Shown here piece after piece: positions 60,288 to 64,000 of a stretch of DNA of 64,000 nt. Position 1 is the first letter of the stretch; each line of letters begins with the position of its first letter. Under the pieces are notes generated by a model, which searched no databases, was not told the DNA's origin, and worked only from the letters and a program-made list of their open reading frames with translations. The translations under genes were made by a program, and so were the position numbers. The DNA is from an uncultured Gemmatimonadaceae bacterium (GTDB lineage: Bacteria; Gemmatimonadota; Gemmatimonadetes; Gemmatimonadales; Gemmatimonadaceae), in contig CAWGJO010000022.1 of the NCBI GenBank assembly GCA_963822945.1, forward strand, positions 1-64,000, read 5' to 3'.

Positions 60288-61559
60288 TCAGTGGCCTCCC
60301 GAGCCGCGCTCGGCGAAGATCTGCACCAGATGGACCAGCGTCTCCGACGTCTTCTCGAGTCCGCGGCGCGAATTGAATTCCTGCTTGCCGTGGAAGTTGA
60401 ATCCGCCGGTGAAGATGTTGGGGCAGGGGAGCCCCCGGAACGTGAGCCGCGACCCGTCGGTGCCGCCGCGGATGGGCTCGTTGAACGGCTTGAGCCCGGC
60501 GCGCCGTGCGGCCTCCATCGCGTTCTCGACGAGCTGCGGATGATCCTTCAGCACTTCCTTCATGTTCATGTAGTTGTCCTTCACCTCCATGCGCACCGTG
60601 ACGCCGGGGTACGCCCGCTCCGTCTCGGCGGCGAGGTCACGCAGGAGCCGCTCCTTGGCCTCGAGGCCGGGCATTTCGAAATCGCGGAGCAGCACCTTGA
60701 GGCTCGATTCCTCCACGTCGGCGCTCCCCAGATACGGATGCACGAACCCTATGCGGCCCTCGGTGGTCTCGGGGAGCATGTCCCCGGGCATGCCGCCCAG
60801 GAAGTGCGCGAACGCGTAGATGGAATTCACCATCACGCCCTTGGCGGTACCGGGGTGCACGCTCTTGCCCTTGAACGTGAGCGTGGCGAGGCGCGCGCTC
60901 CACGTCTCGTCGCTGATGCCGCCGAGTTCGCCGCCGTCCACGGTGTACGCGAAGCGGGCGCCGAACTCGTCGACGTCGAACTTCTCGATGCCGCTGCCGA
61001 TCTCCTCATCGGCGGTGAACGCCACGGCGATCGGGCCGTGGGGGAGCTTCGGATTACGCACGAGCGTGTCGACGAGCGTCATGATCGCCGCCACCCCCGC
61101 CTTGTCGTCGGAGCCGAGCAGCGTGGTGCCGTCGGTGGTGATGAGGTCGTCACCGATCATCGACTTCAGTACGGGATTCTGCGCGACGGTGATGACCTGG
61201 GACGGATCGCCGGGCAGCGTGACGTCGCCGCCCTGGTAGTTGGCATGGATCACCGGTTGCACGTTCGCGCCGGTGACGGCCGGCGAGGTGTCGACGTGGG
61301 CGATGAATCCGATCGTCGGCACGTCGCTCGATTCCGGGACGTTCCCCGGAATCGAGGCGTACACCATGCAGTGCTCGCTGGTGCGGACGTTCGAGGCGCC
61401 GAGTTGCTTCAACTCGTCGGCCAGCATCCGGGCGAGCGTCCACTGCTTCTCGGTGCTGGGGGTGGTGGACGCGCCTTCCTGCGACTGCGTATCGATCTTC
61501 ACGTAGCGCAGAAAGCGGTCCACCACCGATTCGCGCGGCGGGGTCAGTGATGGGCTCAT
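60288..61559 (-). CDS. pepT: Peptidase T (tripeptide aminopeptidase)
   Basis: RFLRYVKIDTQS, FIAHVDTSP, TDGTTLLGSDDKAG, DEEIG, AYTVDGG, IRGGTDG, PNIFTGGFNFHG. Confidence 0.95.
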   Translation of the reverse strand: MSPSLTPPRESVVDRFLRYVKIDTQSQEGASTTPSTEKQWTLARMLADELKQLGASNVRTSEHCMVYASIPGNVPESSDVPTIGFIAHVDTSPAVTGANVQPVIHANYQGGDVTLPGDPSQVITVAQNPVLKSMIGDDLITTDGTTLLGSDDKAGVAAIMTLVDTLVRNPKLPHGPIAVAFTADEEIGSGIEKFDVDEFGARFAYTVDGGELGGISDETWSARLATLTFKGKSVHPGTAKGVMVNSIYAFAHFLGGMPGDMLPETTEGRIGFVHPYLGSADVEESSLKVLLRDFEMPGLEAKERLLRDLAAETERAYPGVTVRMEVKDNYMNMKEVLKDHPQLVENAMEAARRAGLKPFNEPIRGGTDGSRLTFRGLPCPNIFTGGFNFHGKQEFNSRRGLEKTSETLVHLVQIFAERGSGGH

Positions 61560-64000
61560 CGGGCAGGGAGGGTGACGGTGGAGAGTCCGGCCGCCTTGCG
61601 CTTGGCGTTGAAGGCGGCGAGTCCGGCGGTCTTGAGCCGCGTCCATCGTGCCATCACGGCGCTCGACTGTGCGGCGGCGCTCGTGCACGCCGAAACCTGG
61701 TCAGCGGTCGGTGTGGCGTCGGCCGCCTGCATCGCCATCGCCGCCGACATCAGGGCGGCCTGCGTGCTCTCGAGCGACGGTGGTCCGGCCGGAGCGCCGC
61801 CGCGCCCGAACCCGAATCCGCCGAAGCCGCGTCCCCGCCCGCCGGCCCGCGGCGCGGGCGCGAGCGCTTCCACCTCCTTCTTGAACGCGTCCACGTCCGT
61901 CCCCTGGAGCTTGTCGAGCGCGGACACCAGAGCGCGCGCCTGCTCGTACGCGGCGTGCGTGCGGACCGCGCCGTCGTACATCCGGCGGGTGAGCGTGGCG
62001 AGCTGCGCCAGGCCGGCCGCCGGCGTCTTCACGCGCGGGTCGAGCTTGAGCGTCAGCGGCTGCGAGTACGAGCGGCCATTGGCCGTGAGGCGCACGGTGT
62101 AGCGGCCGGGCGGCGCCCACGGGGCGTTCACCGACGGATAGGTGCGGTGCGGCACGGCGCCGGTGGCGCCCCCCTCGCCGCGCGGTCCGCGGGCCTCGCC
62201 GATGGGATCGTAGTGCAGGTCCCAACTGAACCGGTGCATGCCCGCCTTCGTAGACACGGCCATCTGCGGCGCCGCCCAGTAGAGCGGAACCGAACAGTCG
62301 GGGGCGCCGGGGTTCGACTGACACACTTTGTTGTACGCCGCGGGGTTGACCGCCGGGTCCGGATCGAGCACCGGATCGGTGCTCGATAGGTGCGCACCAC
62401 CTTGCCGCTCGCGTCGAGAATGTCGAGCGTCACCGGACCCGACACGTCGTGGGCGAGGTAGTAGTCGATGATCCCGCCCGGCGGCGGGTTCTCGCCGGCC
62501 GGCACTTCCGGCGGCCAGGGGGTGGGATCGTTGGTGCCGAAGCGCACGCGGAGCGCGGTCTCGGGCTTGAACAGATAGGCGTCCTTCGCGGCCTGGGCGG
62601 CCGCCATCTGCCGCAGCGGCGTGATGTCGTCCAGGATCCAGAAGCCGCGCCCGTGCGTGCCCGCCACGAGGTCGGCGCACTGGCAGGTGGCGTCGTCCTT
62701 GACGGTGATGTCGCGGACGGAGACGGCGGGCATGTCGAGGCGCAGCGAGTGCCAGTGGTCGCCGTCGTCGAACGAGACCCACACCTGCGTCTCGGTGGCC
62801 GCGTACAGCACGCCCTTCACCCGCGGGTCTTCCCGGATCGAGTTGGCCACGGCGCCGGGCGCCATGCCGTTGTCGATCTCCGTCCACGTCTTGCCGCCGT
62901 CGTGCGTGCGGAAGAAGTGCGGGTTCATGTCGTCGAGCCGCATGGTGTTGGCGGCCACGTACGCCGTCTTCGTGTCGAAGTGGCCGGCGTCCATGTTGAA
63001 GATGCGCGTCCACGGTTTGATGGCGCCCGGGGTGACGTTGCTCCAGTGCTTGCCGCCGTCCCAGGTGACCTGCACGTTGCCGTCGTCGGTGCCGGCCCAG
63101 ATCACGTTCACGTCGCGGGGCGAGGGGGAGAGCGCGGTGATGACGCCGAGCGGTGCCACCTGCACCTCGCTCGCGTACTTGCCGGCGTTGGCGGGCACGG
63201 CCCAATGCTGCCGCGCGAGGTCGGGGCTGATGCGCGTCCAACTGTGTGCGTGGTCGGTGGTCTTCCACACGGCGTTGGAGGTATAGAACAACATGTTGGA
63301 ATCGACCGGCGACCAGATGAGCGGCATGGTGCGGACATCGCGGTTGTACGGGCCGCCGCGCGGTCCCATGTCGGGGCCGACGTTCCGCGTCTGCCCGGTG
63401 CGCCGGTTGTAGAGCGACACGTTGTTGCGGCTGCCGCCGTACACCATGTCCGGGTCGCGCGGATCGGGCGCCGCGATGCCGTACTCCTGGATGTTCACCG
63501 GGTGCCAGTCGTGGAAGGTGATCTCACCGTCCATCGAGCGGCTGTCCACGCACGCCGAGCCCGAGTCCTGCTGGCCGCCGCACACGCGGTACGGGAAGGC
63601 GTTGTCGGTGGTCACGTGATACATGGCGGCCGTGGGCTGCGTGTACCAGTTGCTCCACGATTCCCCGCGGTTGGCGGACGACCACGCCGCCCTGGTCGGC
63701 CACGGCGAGGATGATGTTCGAATGGTTGGGGTTGATCCAGACCTTCTGGTAGTCGTCGCCGCCCGGGGCGCCGCGCACGGCGGTCCAGGTGAGCCCGCCG
63801 TCCTCGGTGCGCCACATGACGGTCGAGGCGCTGTAGACCACGTTCGGGTTCTTGGGGTCGACGGTGATCGTCGGCAGGTCGCCGCCGCCGATGCGGGCCA
63901 GCGGACGCGGGTCGGGGGCGCTGCGGGCGCGCACCCGCTGCGACGCTCGGATCGTCGATCGCCAGGTGCCAGTGCGCGCCCGCGTCGTTGGAGCGATAGA
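61556..64000 (-). CDS. C-terminal part of a BNR/VPS10-repeat glycosyl hydrolase-like protein; frameshifted; starts beyond the window
   Basis: YRSNDAG, RTEDGG.TW, GGDDYQ, VCGGQQDSG, ISPDL, GTDDG, THDGGKTW, VSFDDGDHW, GTHGRGFWILDD, PPGRYTVRL. Confidence 0.85.

Overview
High-GC bacterial chromosomal window. Gene content and style suggest Gemmatimonadota (inference). It is mostly core or metabolic DNA: a copper nitrite reductase (nirK) divergent from a Crp/Fnr regulator, a KdpDE-like pair, a Ser/Thr kinase, a phosphorelay around a GspE/PilB ATPase, ybbP-ybbA/tesA, efp, eight tRNA genes, lldD, a DUF2249/DUF542/cupin/His-motif membrane-protein cluster, an OPT transporter, several peptidases (S9, S41, M20, PepT), a GH53 glycosidase, TreT and two partial BNR/VPS10-type proteins. 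Many genes carry isolated frameshifts; the two I inspected are single-base homopolymer indels, pointing to long-read error. The 38-43.6 kb stretch is much more broken. Best leads: (1) an orphan lasso-type RiPP precursor (YxxPxLxxxGxxxxxT leader, Asn1/Asp9 core) coupled to an SRPBCC gene between tRNA genes, with no maturation enzymes in the window; (2) a shared GTGAC-N4-GTCAC palindrome linking the nirK/Crp-Fnr divergon to an uncharacterised five-gene cluster about 28 kb away, suggesting a split NO/nitrite regulon; (3) a GspE/PilB ATPase with a pseudo-receiver inside a kinase-Hpt-receiver relay; (4) a rod-like candidate RNA upstream of an EF-P that has Asn at the usually modified Lys. No CRISPR array, rRNA or intact mobile element was seen. 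All family calls come from motif recognition by eye, not database searches.
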